Positions 20,890 to 33,521 of a stretch of DNA of 64,000 nucleotides are shown here, piece after piece. The DNA comes from Thermodesulfobacteriota bacterium. GTDB taxonomy: Bacteria > Desulfobacterota > Desulfobacteria > Desulfobacterales > SURF-7. The stretch's first letter is position 1, and each line of letters begins with the position of its first letter. Position numbers and translations under genes: made by a program. Under the pieces are notes generated by a model. The model made no database searches and was not told where the DNA came from. It saw nothing but the letters and a program-made list of their open reading frames with translations. Location of the stretch: NCBI GenBank assembly GCA_049320885.1, contig JBMORA010000046.1, positions 15,653 through 79,652 of the forward strand, read 5' to 3'.

Positions 20890-22143
20890 TTACCCCCGCC
20901 GCCTCTGGAACACCTGGAATCCGCTTGAAATCATGGTCTGGAACAAGGATTTCCAAACGGAGAGGCCGGGCAACGTCGGCTTGCCGGCGGCGATTCGGGC
21001 AAGCTGCTGCTCATACCAGGTAACTTCCAGCATGGCGGATTTATCCAGCCATTCCACACCGGTTTTCAGGGGTCTCACCGCACTCACATAGGGCTCTCCC
21101 TGCAATATCCGGTTGGGCAATTCCGGATCAATGGCCATGGGTCGGGCCAACCCCACCATGTCCAGAGCCCCCTCGTCAACGGCGGCCCTCATTCCGTCGG
21201 CGGTCCGGAATCCACCGGTAACCGCCAGCGGGATTGCGATGCTCTCCCGGAGTTTGGCCGCAAAGGACAAAAAATAGGCCTCCCGTTTGGAACCCGTGGC
21301 GGATTCCGCTCTCCTTCCGGCCATGGCCGGACTTTCATAGGTTCCACCGGAAATCTCCACCAGATCGATTCCGGCCCCGGCCAGGGCGCCGACAACCTGC
21401 AAGGCCTCCTCCTCCGTGAAACCGCCCCGCATGAAATCAGCGGAATTGATCTTCACGGCCACCGGGAACTGGTCCCCTACCCGGCCGCGGATGGCGCGAT
21501 AAATTTCCAACAGGAACCGCATGCGGTTTTCAAGGCAGCCGCCCCATTCGTCGGTCCGGAGGTTGTGCTGGGGAGACAAAAACTGACTGATCAGGTATCC
21601 GTGAGCGGCGTGAATCTGAACACCGGTGAAACCGGCCTGCCGCGCAATGTCGGCGGCATTGGCGAAACGTTCGATGATACCCTCGATCTCAACCGGAAGA
21701 AGCTCCCGGGGCGGGTTGAAGAATCTCTTCAGGGTCGGAGAAGAAAACGGAACCGCCGATGGCGCCACCGGCTCCGGAGACAATGTCTTGGGACTCTGCT
21801 TGCCCGGATGATTCAGCTGGACCCAGATATGGGTGTGGTTTTCCCGGCCCGCCTTAGCCCAGGAACGCAGCCATTCCAGATGACGGCCATCCTCGATGAC
21901 CACATTGCGGGGCTCTCCCAGGGCAGCGGCATCCACCATGACATTACCGGTAACCGCAACCCCTGCTCCCCCCCATGCCCAGGCATTATATAACCGTTCA
22001 AGCCGGGCAGTGGGACGGTTGTCCGCTGTCCCCATGATTTCGCTCATGGCGGATTTCATGAATCGATTTTTGATCACCGCTCCGCACGGCAATTCCACCG
22101 GAGTAGCGAGTGGATCAGGCTGCCTCGTTTCCGCCGTATTCAT
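20890..22143 (-). CDS. NADH:flavin oxidoreductase (Old Yellow Enzyme family)
   Basis: KSAMSE, QLNHPG, IHAAHGYL.SQFLSP..N.RTDEWGG and GLARP motifs. Confidence 0.93.
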   Translation of the reverse strand: MNTAETRQPDPLATPVELPCGAVIKNRFMKSAMSEIMGTADNRPTARLERLYNAWAWGGAGVAVTGNVMVDAAALGEPRNVVIEDGRHLEWLRSWAKAGRENHTHIWVQLNHPGKQSPKTLSPEPVAPSAVPFSSPTLKRFFNPPRELLPVEIEGIIERFANAADIARQAGFTGVQIHAAHGYLISQFLSPQHNLRTDEWGGCLENRMRFLLEIYRAIRGRVGDQFPVAVKINSADFMRGGFTEEEALQVVGALAGAGIDLVEISGGTYESPAMAGRRAESATGSKREAYFLSFAAKLRESIAIPLAVTGGFRTADGMRAAVDEGALDMVGLARPMAIDPELPNRILQGEPYVSAVRPLKTGVEWLDKSAMLEVTWYEQQLARIAAGKPTLPGLSVWKSLFQTMISSGFQVFQRRRG

Positions 22144-22340
22144 ATTCCCTCCTCGATGGTGTTCTTTCCCGATGTATCCTTGTTTTCCTGCCGGATATCC
22201 CGTTTTGAAGAAGATCCCTATCGAACATTGTCGCGGAAATCAATACGCTCCCCGGGAACCCGTGGCTTTCCCGAATGATGGCCGCATGGAGAGGTTGTTA
22301 TCTTCATTCCGGATGGTATCCGGGCCGGTATCCGATCCCC

Positions 22341-22400
22341 GGATCCGGTCCTGGATCCGGTCCTGGATCCGGTCCTGGATCCGGTCCTGGATCCGGTCCT
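22341..22400. repeat. Five perfect tandem copies of GGATCCGGTCCT (12 bp)
   Basis: Units start at 22341, 22353, 22365, 22377 and 22389. Confidence 0.97.
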
Positions 22401-22428
22401 TGACATGTCGCCGCCGCTTGCATATACT
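22400..22428 (+). promoter_or_regulatory. Sigma70 promoter upstream of pcm
   Basis: TTGACA (22400-22405)-N17-TATACT (22423-22428). Confidence 0.75.
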
Positions 22429-22548
22429 TTGCACCATCTCTGTCCCCAGCTTATGGGAAATAATACAATTCCCGTCCCATCGGAATCCGGATGAGGTCTC
22501 CGCCGACAGGAAAATCCGGATTCAAATACCTCTCAACCCGGAGGTGAC

Positions 22549-23295
22549 ATGATGATGACGATATTCCCCTTCAAAACCCTTGGCCTGATGGGTCTCTGCA
22601 TACTGCTGCCGTCCATGACGGTTTTCTCCGCCCCCTTCGTCGGTTCCGAGGCCGATGAATACGAAACCCTCCGAAACCGGATGGTGCGTGCGCAGATTGA
22701 GTCCCGGGGCATCCATTCCCCCGCGGTGTTGAAGGCCATGCAGAAAGTAAAACGGCATCTGTTCGTGCCCCCTGACTACCGGTCCAAAGCCTACGAAGAT
22801 TATCCGCTGCCCATCGGTGAAGGCCAGACCATTTCACAGCCCTATATCGTCGCCCTGATGACCCAGGTCTTGAACCTGGGTCCCAGGGACCGGGTGCTGG
22901 AAATCGGCACCGGCTCCGGATACCAGGCGGCTGTTCTGGCGGAGATTTGCGACCAGGTGTTCAGCATTGAAATATTTGAAATCCTTGGAAAAAGAGCCGA
23001 TGCCCTGATGAAAAAAATGGGGTATGCGAACATTCATGTAAAAATTGGCGACGGTTACCAGGGGTGGCCGGAACAGGCCCCTTTTGACGCGATCATCGTC
23101 ACCTGCGCCCCCTCCCATATCCCCCAGCCCCTGCAGGACCAGCTGGCCGAAGGCGGCCGGATGGTGATACCGGTGGGTGAGATCGGCGATCAGGAATTGA
23201 TTCTGTTGACCAAGGAAAAGGGCGAAATCCGGCGCAAGGAAATCGTCCCGGTCCGCTTTGTCCCCATGATCCGGGGTAATGGTGACTCCTATTAA
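22549..23295 (+). CDS. pcm: Protein-L-isoaspartate O-methyltransferase
   Basis: GQTISQPY, VLEIGTGSGYQAA, APFDAI and VRFVP motifs. Confidence 0.95.
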   Translation: MMMTIFPFKTLGLMGLCILLPSMTVFSAPFVGSEADEYETLRNRMVRAQIESRGIHSPAVLKAMQKVKRHLFVPPDYRSKAYEDYPLPIGEGQTISQPYIVALMTQVLNLGPRDRVLEIGTGSGYQAAVLAEICDQVFSIEIFEILGKRADALMKKMGYANIHVKIGDGYQGWPEQAPFDAIIVTCAPSHIPQPLQDQLAEGGRMVIPVGEIGDQELILLTKEKGEIRRKEIVPVRFVPMIRGNGDSY

Positions 23296-23501
23296 ACCAC
23301 CGTCACCGGCCAACATCACCTCCGATCACACCCGTCCCTGTCTATAGAAAATATGAATACGGCTGTCATGGAGCATTCAAACTAACGATTTGATCCATTC
23401 CGTCTTTCCTTGTAAGAAACCGAGAACGGTTCGTCCAGGATCACCGACCTGCCGGGGAAGAACGATAACCACTCAGTTTCCATAAGCCGGAATCCAGCTG
23501 C

Positions 23502-24362
23502 ATGCAACAACATCATCCTCCCGCAACCATCTTGAAATCGCTGGCCGTGGTATCGGCCTCCGTCCTGATGCTCTTGTCTGGTTCCACCCCCTGTTTTTCA
23601 GGCGCCTGGACCGCAGCCAAAACCGAATTATATGACCGCCTGTCCGTGAACTGCTATCATGCGGATGAATATTTCAATGACGACGGCGACCGCTACCCGT
23701 ATCCCCGGAACGGTAAATTCCGGGATTGGAATCTCGGGAATTATCTCGAATACGGTGTCAACGACCGATTCACCTTGATCAACTCCCTTTATTATAAAGC
23801 CATCGTCAAAGAGGACGATCTGCGGAAAGAGGAAACCCACAGCCTCGGCGACATCGATCTGGGAATGAAATGGAAGGCGCTGGAGGGCAGGGCCGGTGTT
23901 CTGTCCGCCCAGGGAATGGTAAAGATTCCGGACTTCTATGATGAAGATGCCCCCTTGCCCGTGGGCAACGGACAATATGACCTGGAGGCGCGGCTGCTCT
24001 ACGGCCGATCCCTGTATCCCCTGATTCCCGGTTATTATAATGTCGAGTGCGGCTACCGCTGGCGGTTCGAGGACCCGTCCGATGAACTTCGCTACCTCAT
24101 CGAGTTCGGCGTCGATTTTACCGAAAGTTTCTACGGCCGGATCAAACTGGACGGAATTTTCAGCCTGGACAACGGCGAACATCGTGACCTTGTCGGCAAT
24201 CCCACCACCACCAACAACTTCGATCTCGGCAAGCTGGATATGGCCCTCGGCTATATGGTCGCCAAAACCTGGGGCCTGGAAATCGGATACACTCCCGCCC
24301 TCTATGGGAAGAACACCTCCAGGGGGGCGACTTGGACCGCGGCGATTCAGTTCCGTTTATAG
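23502..24362 (+). CDS. Exported beta-barrel-like hypothetical protein
   Basis: Signal peptide, alternating aromatic strands (YLEYG, LGDIDLG, YRWR) and C-terminal QFRL. Confidence 0.7.
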   Translation: MQQHHPPATILKSLAVVSASVLMLLSGSTPCFSGAWTAAKTELYDRLSVNCYHADEYFNDDGDRYPYPRNGKFRDWNLGNYLEYGVNDRFTLINSLYYKAIVKEDDLRKEETHSLGDIDLGMKWKALEGRAGVLSAQGMVKIPDFYDEDAPLPVGNGQYDLEARLLYGRSLYPLIPGYYNVECGYRWRFEDPSDELRYLIEFGVDFTESFYGRIKLDGIFSLDNGEHRDLVGNPTTTNNFDLGKLDMALGYMVAKTWGLEIGYTPALYGKNTSRGATWTAAIQFRL

Positions 24363-24409
24363 CGCTGCCGCCTGTCTGGAATCGGCCGGGGAATCCGCGC
24401 CGTCAGGGA

Positions 24410-25051
24410 TTAATGGAACCGTTCGGAATAGATCCGGGACCCCGGAAACCGTTTGTCGATCAACAGGGTTGCGTCCCGGATCATCGCCGAACTGCCGCAG
24501 AGATAGAAGTCATATGCACCGGCTGCCAGGCGGGTCGCGATATAGGATGTCACCCGGCCGCTGAAAGCCGGCTCCCTTCCGGTCGCGTCTTCCGACAGGC
24601 AGGGGATGTAGGTCGCGGCCGCGGCGATCAGTTCCTCGGCATAATAGCATTCCTGCGCCTTCCGCACGCCGTGCAGCAGCAGAAATCGGCTGATTCCGGC
24701 CCTCGCCATGGCGACATACGGCGCGATGCCGGTCCCGGTGGCGATGAAGACCGGTGGCCGCGGCGAGGGACGGAAAGTGAAATGGCCCGCCGCCTTGGAC
24801 AGGGCCAGGGGTGCGCCGATGTTCTCCCGGGCCAGAAACCGGGACATCCCGCCCTCCGGAACCTCCCGGATGATCAAATGGAGATTTGGATCGGCGGGCC
24901 CGGACAGGATCGAATAGGCCCGTTCCAGGTTCCCGGCGGCCAGTATCAGGTGTTGCCCCGGCGTGAAGGCGTAACCGTCCGGTTTTGTCAGACTGATTTC
25001 GAAAGCTGTTTCAGATAAGCGCCGGCGTTGAAGCAGGCGTGTCGCGTGCAT
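24410..25051 (-). CDS. FAD/NAD(P)-binding oxidoreductase (ferredoxin-NADP reductase family)
   Basis: FTPGQH, RAYS, GGMS, ATGTGIAP and FYLCGS motifs. Confidence 0.9.
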   Translation of the reverse strand: MHATRLLQRRRLSETAFEISLTKPDGYAFTPGQHLILAAGNLERAYSILSGPADPNLHLIIREVPEGGMSRFLARENIGAPLALSKAAGHFTFRPSPRPPVFIATGTGIAPYVAMARAGISRFLLLHGVRKAQECYYAEELIAAAATYIPCLSEDATGREPAFSGRVTSYIATRLAAGAYDFYLCGSSAMIRDATLLIDKRFPGSRIYSERFH

Positions 25052-25086
25052 CTCCTTTCCGGCTTCCGGAGATCTTCTTTCGGAAT

Positions 25087-25656
25087 CTATGGCCGCCATA
25101 CGGTTTCCGGAATACCTTCGCCCAGGTTGCAATACCTCGCCAGAACGAACAAATAATCGGACAGCCGGTTCAGAAACACCAGAATCCGGTGGAGTTCCGA
25201 TTCATGCGGCTCACCGCTGGTTTCCTCGACAATTCCCACCAGCCGGCGCTCGACTCTCCGGCAGACGGTTCTGGCCAAATGGGCCATGGAAGCGGCGCGG
25301 CCGCCACCGGGCAGGATAAAAGCCGTCAGCTCCGGTAAGAACGCGTCCATCCGATCGATGGCCGACTCCAGCCAGACGCCGTGGGCGGCTTGAAACGATC
25401 CAGGAAGGGCCGCCGCCTCCCCCCCGGGAGTAACGGCGATCCAGGCCCCGGCCTGAAACAGGATCGATTGAATGCGGTGAATCTCCCGGTGCGGCCCCTC
25501 CTCGGAAACCGGCAGATGGGTTTCGAGGAGCCCAAGGACCGAGTTCAGTTCATCCAGCTCTCCGTAGGCCCATACCCGCGGGTCCCGTTTCGAGACCCGT
25601 TCCCCGCTGAACAAACTGGTCCGGCCCCGGTCGCCGGTGCCCGTATAGATTCGCAT
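25087..25656 (-). CDS. PduO-type cob(I)alamin adenosyltransferase
   Basis: IYTGTGDRG.TSL, YGELDELNS, FILPGG, RTVCRRVER and NRLSDYLF motifs. Confidence 0.93.
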   Translation of the reverse strand: MRIYTGTGDRGRTSLFSGERVSKRDPRVWAYGELDELNSVLGLLETHLPVSEEGPHREIHRIQSILFQAGAWIAVTPGGEAAALPGSFQAAHGVWLESAIDRMDAFLPELTAFILPGGGRAASMAHLARTVCRRVERRLVGIVEETSGEPHESELHRILVFLNRLSDYLFVLARYCNLGEGIPETVWRP

Positions 25657-25947
25657 GTCATGCCTCCCCTGTTGGAATGGGCCGCCAATCGTGCTGCCGG
25701 ATCCGAGGTAATCACGGATATGGATTTACTGTCAAGCCGGAACGGCGGAACCAACAGGGGAATCGCACGGACATTCCCCACAGCCGGGACTCTGGCGTCA
25801 TGGTATTGATTGGCCGTTTTTTCCCCTGCTTTGACATGCGGCGCAAAGTGTTTTACAACTATCCGCAGGTCATCGGAAAAATGGCGTTTCCGAAACGGCC
25901 GCACCCCTCCTGCCACCGGCAATTATTTGAAACGATAGGCGGACAAG

Positions 25948-27492
25948 ATGGAAAAACGTCATCGAAAAAGGATTCTCCTGGGAACGGACGGTTTCCTGCT
26001 GGCGGAACTGGTTGCCATCGCCCGCCGGAAGACCCCGGTGGGGTTGCGCAAGGACGCGGAACAACGGATCGGTAAAGCCCGGCGACTCGTGGATTCATGG
26101 GTCGCTTCCGAAAGACGCATCTATGGAATCACCACGGGTTTCGGGGCGTTGAGCGATGTCGCCATTTCCCGGACCCAAGCCGCCGGACTCCAGAAAAACA
26201 TCCTCATGAGCCATGCCGCCGGTGTGGGCCCGCCCCTGGAAGCGGAAATCGTCCGGGCGGTCATGGCCCTGCGCATCAAGGACATGGCCAAGGGACACAC
26301 CGGCATCCGCCTCCAGACCGTCCGGCACCTGATCCGACTGCTCAATGCGGACATCCTGCCGCTCATCCCCTGCAAAGGCTCGGTGGGCGCCAGCGGTGAT
26401 CTGGCGCCCCTGGCCCATCTGGGGCTGGTGCTCATCGGCATGGGCGAGGCGCTTCATAACGGGCAGCGGATCTCCGGCGCCGAAGCCCTGGGCCGCTGCG
26501 GGCTTGCGCCCATCGAACTTCAGTCCGCCGAAGGGCTGGCCCTGGTGAACGGCACCCAGGTCATGACGGCGATTTTCGGCCTGGCCCTGCATGACGCCAT
26601 GCGGCTTGCAAAACTGATGGATATCGCCGCCGCCATGAGTCTGGAGGTGCTCATGGGCAGCCGGACGGAATTCGATCCGCGCATTCACCTAGTGCGGCCC
26701 CACCCGGGCCAGATCGCCGCCGCCGAAAACCTGCTGCGCATCACCCGCAACAGCGAGATCATCTCTTCCCACCGGGACTGCAGTCGCATTCAGGATGCCT
26801 ACACCCTGCGCTGCTCCCCCCAGGTGCATGGCGCCGGACGGGATGTCATCGCCTACGCCCGGCAAACCCTTGAAACGGAAATCAACGCCGCCACGGGCAA
26901 TCCGCTGATCTTCGCGGATACCGGCGAATTCCTCACCGGCGGGAATTTTCATGGTCAGCCCCTGGCCATGGCCATGGACGCCCTTTCCATGGCGGTTGCC
27001 GAATTCGCCAATATCTCCGAAAGGCGCATCGAACGCCTGGTCAACCCGATGCTGAGCGGCCTGCCGGCCTTCCTGGTGGCCGACGGCGGCCTCAATTCGG
27101 GCTTCATGATCGCCCAATACACCGCCGCGGCCCTGGTTTCCGAAAACAAGGTGCTGGCGCACCCGGCCTGCGTGGATTCCATCCCCACCTCGGCCAACAA
27201 GGAAGACCATGTTTCCATGGGCGCCATTTCCGCCCGCAAGCTGCGCGAAATTGTCCGCAACGCGGAGTATGTGGCGGCCATCGAATTGTTGTGCGGGGCC
27301 CAGGCCCTGGATCTGTTCACCAACCTGAAGCCGGGGGAAGGGACCCTGGCCGCCTACCACGCCGTCCGAAAAGCGGTGGATCACCTCGACAGGGATCGCG
27401 TGATTGCCGAGGATATTGAAAGGCTGATGGTCTTGATCCGCGGGAACGGGATTGCGGAAGCAGTCGAAAACATCGTCGGCGAACTGCGGTGA
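25948..27492 (+). CDS. hutH: Histidine ammonia-lyase
   Basis: YGITTGFG, GASGDLAPL (MIO-forming ASG), QDAYTLRC, GGNFHG and EDHVSM motifs. Confidence 0.95.
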   Translation: MEKRHRKRILLGTDGFLLAELVAIARRKTPVGLRKDAEQRIGKARRLVDSWVASERRIYGITTGFGALSDVAISRTQAAGLQKNILMSHAAGVGPPLEAEIVRAVMALRIKDMAKGHTGIRLQTVRHLIRLLNADILPLIPCKGSVGASGDLAPLAHLGLVLIGMGEALHNGQRISGAEALGRCGLAPIELQSAEGLALVNGTQVMTAIFGLALHDAMRLAKLMDIAAAMSLEVLMGSRTEFDPRIHLVRPHPGQIAAAENLLRITRNSEIISSHRDCSRIQDAYTLRCSPQVHGAGRDVIAYARQTLETEINAATGNPLIFADTGEFLTGGNFHGQPLAMAMDALSMAVAEFANISERRIERLVNPMLSGLPAFLVADGGLNSGFMIAQYTAAALVSENKVLAHPACVDSIPTSANKEDHVSMGAISARKLREIVRNAEYVAAIELLCGAQALDLFTNLKPGEGTLAAYHAVRKAVDHLDRDRVIAEDIERLMVLIRGNGIAEAVENIVGELR

Positions 27493-27527
27493 CCGCCGAT
27501 TAGCGCCAGGGGGGGGGAAATCATGTC

Positions 27528-28454
27528 ATGAGCGGTTTTCTGGAAGGACGCATCAAAGGCCTGAGTCTGCCGGCCTTTTTACAGATGTCCGAAATGGAGG
27601 AGACCTCCTGCACCCTGCAGGTGACATCCGGCCGCAATGAAACCGGCTGTCTCTATCTGCTGAAAGGCAGGCTGATCGCCGCGGAAACCGCCGGCCTGAA
27701 AAATCTGGCCGCCGCCTGTGAGATCATCCGCTGGGAGGAGCCGGTGATCGAAATCCGGAAGGAAATGTCGAAAACCGTCGATGAAATCAACACGCCGCTC
27801 ATGAACATCCTGATGGACAGCCTGCGGATCAAGGACGAACAGCAGGCGGAACAAGACGGGTCACGGTTGGCTTCGCCGCGGGACATTCCCGCGTCTTCTC
27901 TTTCCCGGAAAGAGCCCCCATCATTGGAATCCGAAATGGAGCTCGAACTCGATCTGGATCCCGGCGATCTTGAACTGGATTTGGATGAAGATTCCGTTGA
28001 GGATGGAAAACTTTCGAATACAGCGCCGCCGCCCGCCGCCGCGCACCCTTCCAGCCCCATGAAACAACCGGCTACCGACCAGGTGATCGAGGAGCGGATC
28101 CGCGCGTTTCAGGACAAAATCGCCGTCCTCTGCCCCCTGTGCCGCTCGGGCAGGATCATTCAGCAGCACGCTGGCGGCCAGCTCCCCTATTATGCCTGCT
28201 CCAACCGGGAATGCAATTTCATCAGCCGGGAAAAACCGTATATCCTTGCCTGCCCGTTATGCGCCAATCCGTTCCTGATTGAATTCACCGACGGCCAAGG
28301 CCGGGCCGCTCCGGGCTTGAAATGCCCCCGCCCGGATTGTTCCTTCCGTCAGGACACGTTATTGCCGCCGCCCCCGAACCAGCAAGGCGGCGGACAGACG
28401 GGAGACAAGCAGACCAAGACCTATCGGGTCATCCGGAAAAAACCTCCCGGATGA
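27528..28454 (+). CDS. DUF4388/PatA-N-like domain, acidic linker and topoisomerase-I-type Zn ribbons
   Basis: GLSLPAFLQM.EME..SCTL at the N-terminus; CPLC..CSNREC and CPLC..CPRPDC at the C-terminus. Confidence 0.75.
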   Translation: MSGFLEGRIKGLSLPAFLQMSEMEETSCTLQVTSGRNETGCLYLLKGRLIAAETAGLKNLAAACEIIRWEEPVIEIRKEMSKTVDEINTPLMNILMDSLRIKDEQQAEQDGSRLASPRDIPASSLSRKEPPSLESEMELELDLDPGDLELDLDEDSVEDGKLSNTAPPPAAAHPSSPMKQPATDQVIEERIRAFQDKIAVLCPLCRSGRIIQQHAGGQLPYYACSNRECNFISREKPYILACPLCANPFLIEFTDGQGRAAPGLKCPRPDCSFRQDTLLPPPPNQQGGGQTGDKQTKTYRVIRKKPPG

Positions 28455-28472
28455 AGTCCGGAACCATCCCGG

Positions 28473-29021
28473 TCATTTCCGAAAGCGATCCCAGAAGCCG
28501 TACCAGACCGCTTCGTAGCCTTCGGCCGGATAATTCCATTTTTCCCCGTAGACATGGATCCGCCTGGATTCTCCCTTGGCATCGTAGACCTTGCCGCCTT
28601 CCAGAACCCAGGCCAGGATTCCGCCCCGCAGATTCCGGACAGCCACCCCTTTGCCGGCCAGCTCCTCGGCGAACTTGCCGCTGCGGTAACTGATGGTGCA
28701 GTACACAATGACGGTGCGGCCGTCGTACCTGCGGATGTCTTTCAGAAACGCTTCCCCGGTAACCGCCCCCGGCAGCCTGGAGACTTCCATTTCCGCCGGA
28801 TCCCGTATATCCACGAAAAGGGCGCGGTTCTCCCGGTCCAGCGCCATGGCCTCCCGGGGGGAAATATCCGCCACCCCCGGAAAATCCTGCTTGTATTCCG
28901 TGTACATGCGGTAAACGATTGCCAGCTTGCGGGCATCGGTCTGTTCCGCCGCGCCCGCGGCGGATACAGCCACCAGACAGGCACAGCCCAGCGCCCGGGC
29001 CACTGCATTCCACGAGTTCAT
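28473..29021 (-). CDS. Exported rhodanese-like protein
   Basis: Signal peptide, VDIR...E..VSRLPGA, YCTISYRS and NLRGGILAW. Confidence 0.85.
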   Translation of the reverse strand: MNSWNAVARALGCACLVAVSAAGAAEQTDARKLAIVYRMYTEYKQDFPGVADISPREAMALDRENRALFVDIRDPAEMEVSRLPGAVTGEAFLKDIRRYDGRTVIVYCTISYRSGKFAEELAGKGVAVRNLRGGILAWVLEGGKVYDAKGESRRIHVYGEKWNYPAEGYEAVWYGFWDRFRK

Positions 29022-29050
29022 CAATCGGTAAGTCTCCCCGGAAAAATCGA

Positions 29051-30760
<1,710 letters not shown>

Positions 30761-30780
30761 CTAGAACAGCCGGTATGGTT

Positions 30781-31626
30781 TCACTCCATCATTCTCCTGA
30801 AATCCTCCACGGATTTCCTCAATTCCATCAATTCATCGGTCCCGTCGGGTTCCATTGCCTCGGAGGGCATTTCCCGATACCGGGATCGAAGCTTCTGAAT
30901 GTCAAACAGGTCCCCGGGCAAAGCATTGTCCGCCTGCACCGCCAGAACCTGAAAAACCTGCTGCAGACGGCCGCCCCGGTAGACCTCGATGCGATACGGA
31001 TACCGGATACCCTTCTTGGCTTGCCGCCAATCCAGATAACGGAATTCCCAAAGCAAATCCCCCGATTCGGCCTGCATGGACCGGATCATGAAACGCCACG
31101 GCCGGTAGGTTTTCTTGTCCACCCACAGTTGGGGAGCGGACGATTCCGGGTATTTGGCGCCGATGACATGGCCGATGCGGCCGTCGAAGCGTCCAAGACT
31201 GGAAACATCCGCATCCACCCCCAGGTCCGACAGACGTTGCCATATCAGATCCGGTTCATTGAACAACAGGACATCCTTGAAATGATCGACCTCGCCCTCG
31301 CTGGTGGACGTTACGGTTTGATCAATGACGGTAACGGCGCGCCCGTGGGAAAACAGGTGAATCTTTTGGATCGGATCGGACAGGGTTTCGCTCCGGAACC
31401 CATGGGGGAACCGGTACCGCAGCGTCTCCTTCAGCACAACGGGAGCCTGTTCCGGCCCTCGATTGTACAGCAACAACTGTTGTTGAACCAGCAGGTTTTG
31501 CCGCAGGCCGAGATGTTCAACCATTCGATTCAGAATATCCCTGCCTTCCGGCAGATACGCCCGGGCGGAAACATGACAACACAATACCAATGCCGCCACT
31601 CCGGTCCATCGCAGGGGTCTAGTCAT
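30781..31626 (-). CDS. Exported LolA-like-fold hypothetical protein
   Basis: Signal peptide, LWVDKKTYRP and C-terminal LPGDLFD, typical of LolA-like folds. Confidence 0.6.
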   Translation of the reverse strand: MTRPLRWTGVAALVLCCHVSARAYLPEGRDILNRMVEHLGLRQNLLVQQQLLLYNRGPEQAPVVLKETLRYRFPHGFRSETLSDPIQKIHLFSHGRAVTVIDQTVTSTSEGEVDHFKDVLLFNEPDLIWQRLSDLGVDADVSSLGRFDGRIGHVIGAKYPESSAPQLWVDKKTYRPWRFMIRSMQAESGDLLWEFRYLDWRQAKKGIRYPYRIEVYRGGRLQQVFQVLAVQADNALPGDLFDIQKLRSRYREMPSEAMEPDGTDELMELRKSVEDFRRMME

Positions 31627-31645
31627 CCGGTTCCCCGCGGCCCCG

Positions 31646-33010
<1,365 letters not shown>

Positions 33011-33100
33011 TTACTATCCTCGCACATATCTGTCAAGAATATGGCCAGAATATGTCCGGATAAAATGCCGGATCGAATTGCAACCAGCGGAGAGACCGGA

Positions 33101-33511
33101 ATGAAAGCCCCTAAAAATATTTACGAAGAAGCCCATTTGATCGTCGCCGCCGTGCGGGTGCTGGCATATACCCGGCACGTTCCTCCCGCCGTGGAAGATG
33201 TCGGCGCGGCCCTCTCCCTTTCCCTGGAAGAGGCCAACCGCATCTGCCGGAAATTGAAAGAGCTTGAGATCATTGACATTGTCGAGGGGGCGTTCGGCAC
33301 CAAATTGTATGTACGGGACCACCTGCGTATTGAAAATCTTCCCAGGGACGGCAAGGACACCCGACTGGAGGAAGAACTCAAAAAATTCCAGGACGCCCAG
33401 AAGCACCTGTCCAAAAAAGTCGAATCCATCCAGGCCGAACAGACCCAGAAACGCAAGGAGCTTTTCGCCAAGCTGAACCAGCAGCTGAAGGGTAGTCTGG
33501 ATAAAAAGTGA
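33101..33511 (+). CDS. Small hypothetical protein with winged-HTH-like N-terminus and coiled-coil C-terminus
   Basis: 3' part of ORF 31829-33511; ATG 33101 follows GGAG. The upstream part of that ORF is antisense to eno. Confidence 0.7.
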   Translation: MKAPKNIYEEAHLIVAAVRVLAYTRHVPPAVEDVGAALSLSLEEANRICRKLKELEIIDIVEGAFGTKLYVRDHLRIENLPRDGKDTRLEEELKKFQDAQKHLSKKVESIQAEQTQKRKELFAKLNQQLKGSLDKK

Positions 33512-33521
33512 CGTCCCCTCG

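Noticed and set aside
22341..22400. CRISPR array
   Set aside because: 12-bp units with no spacers and no cas genes; a simple tandem repeat.
25657..25830. Cobalamin riboswitch upstream of the adenosyltransferase
   Set aside because: The B12-box elements (GCCACTG, GGGAAG, AGYCAG) are not present.
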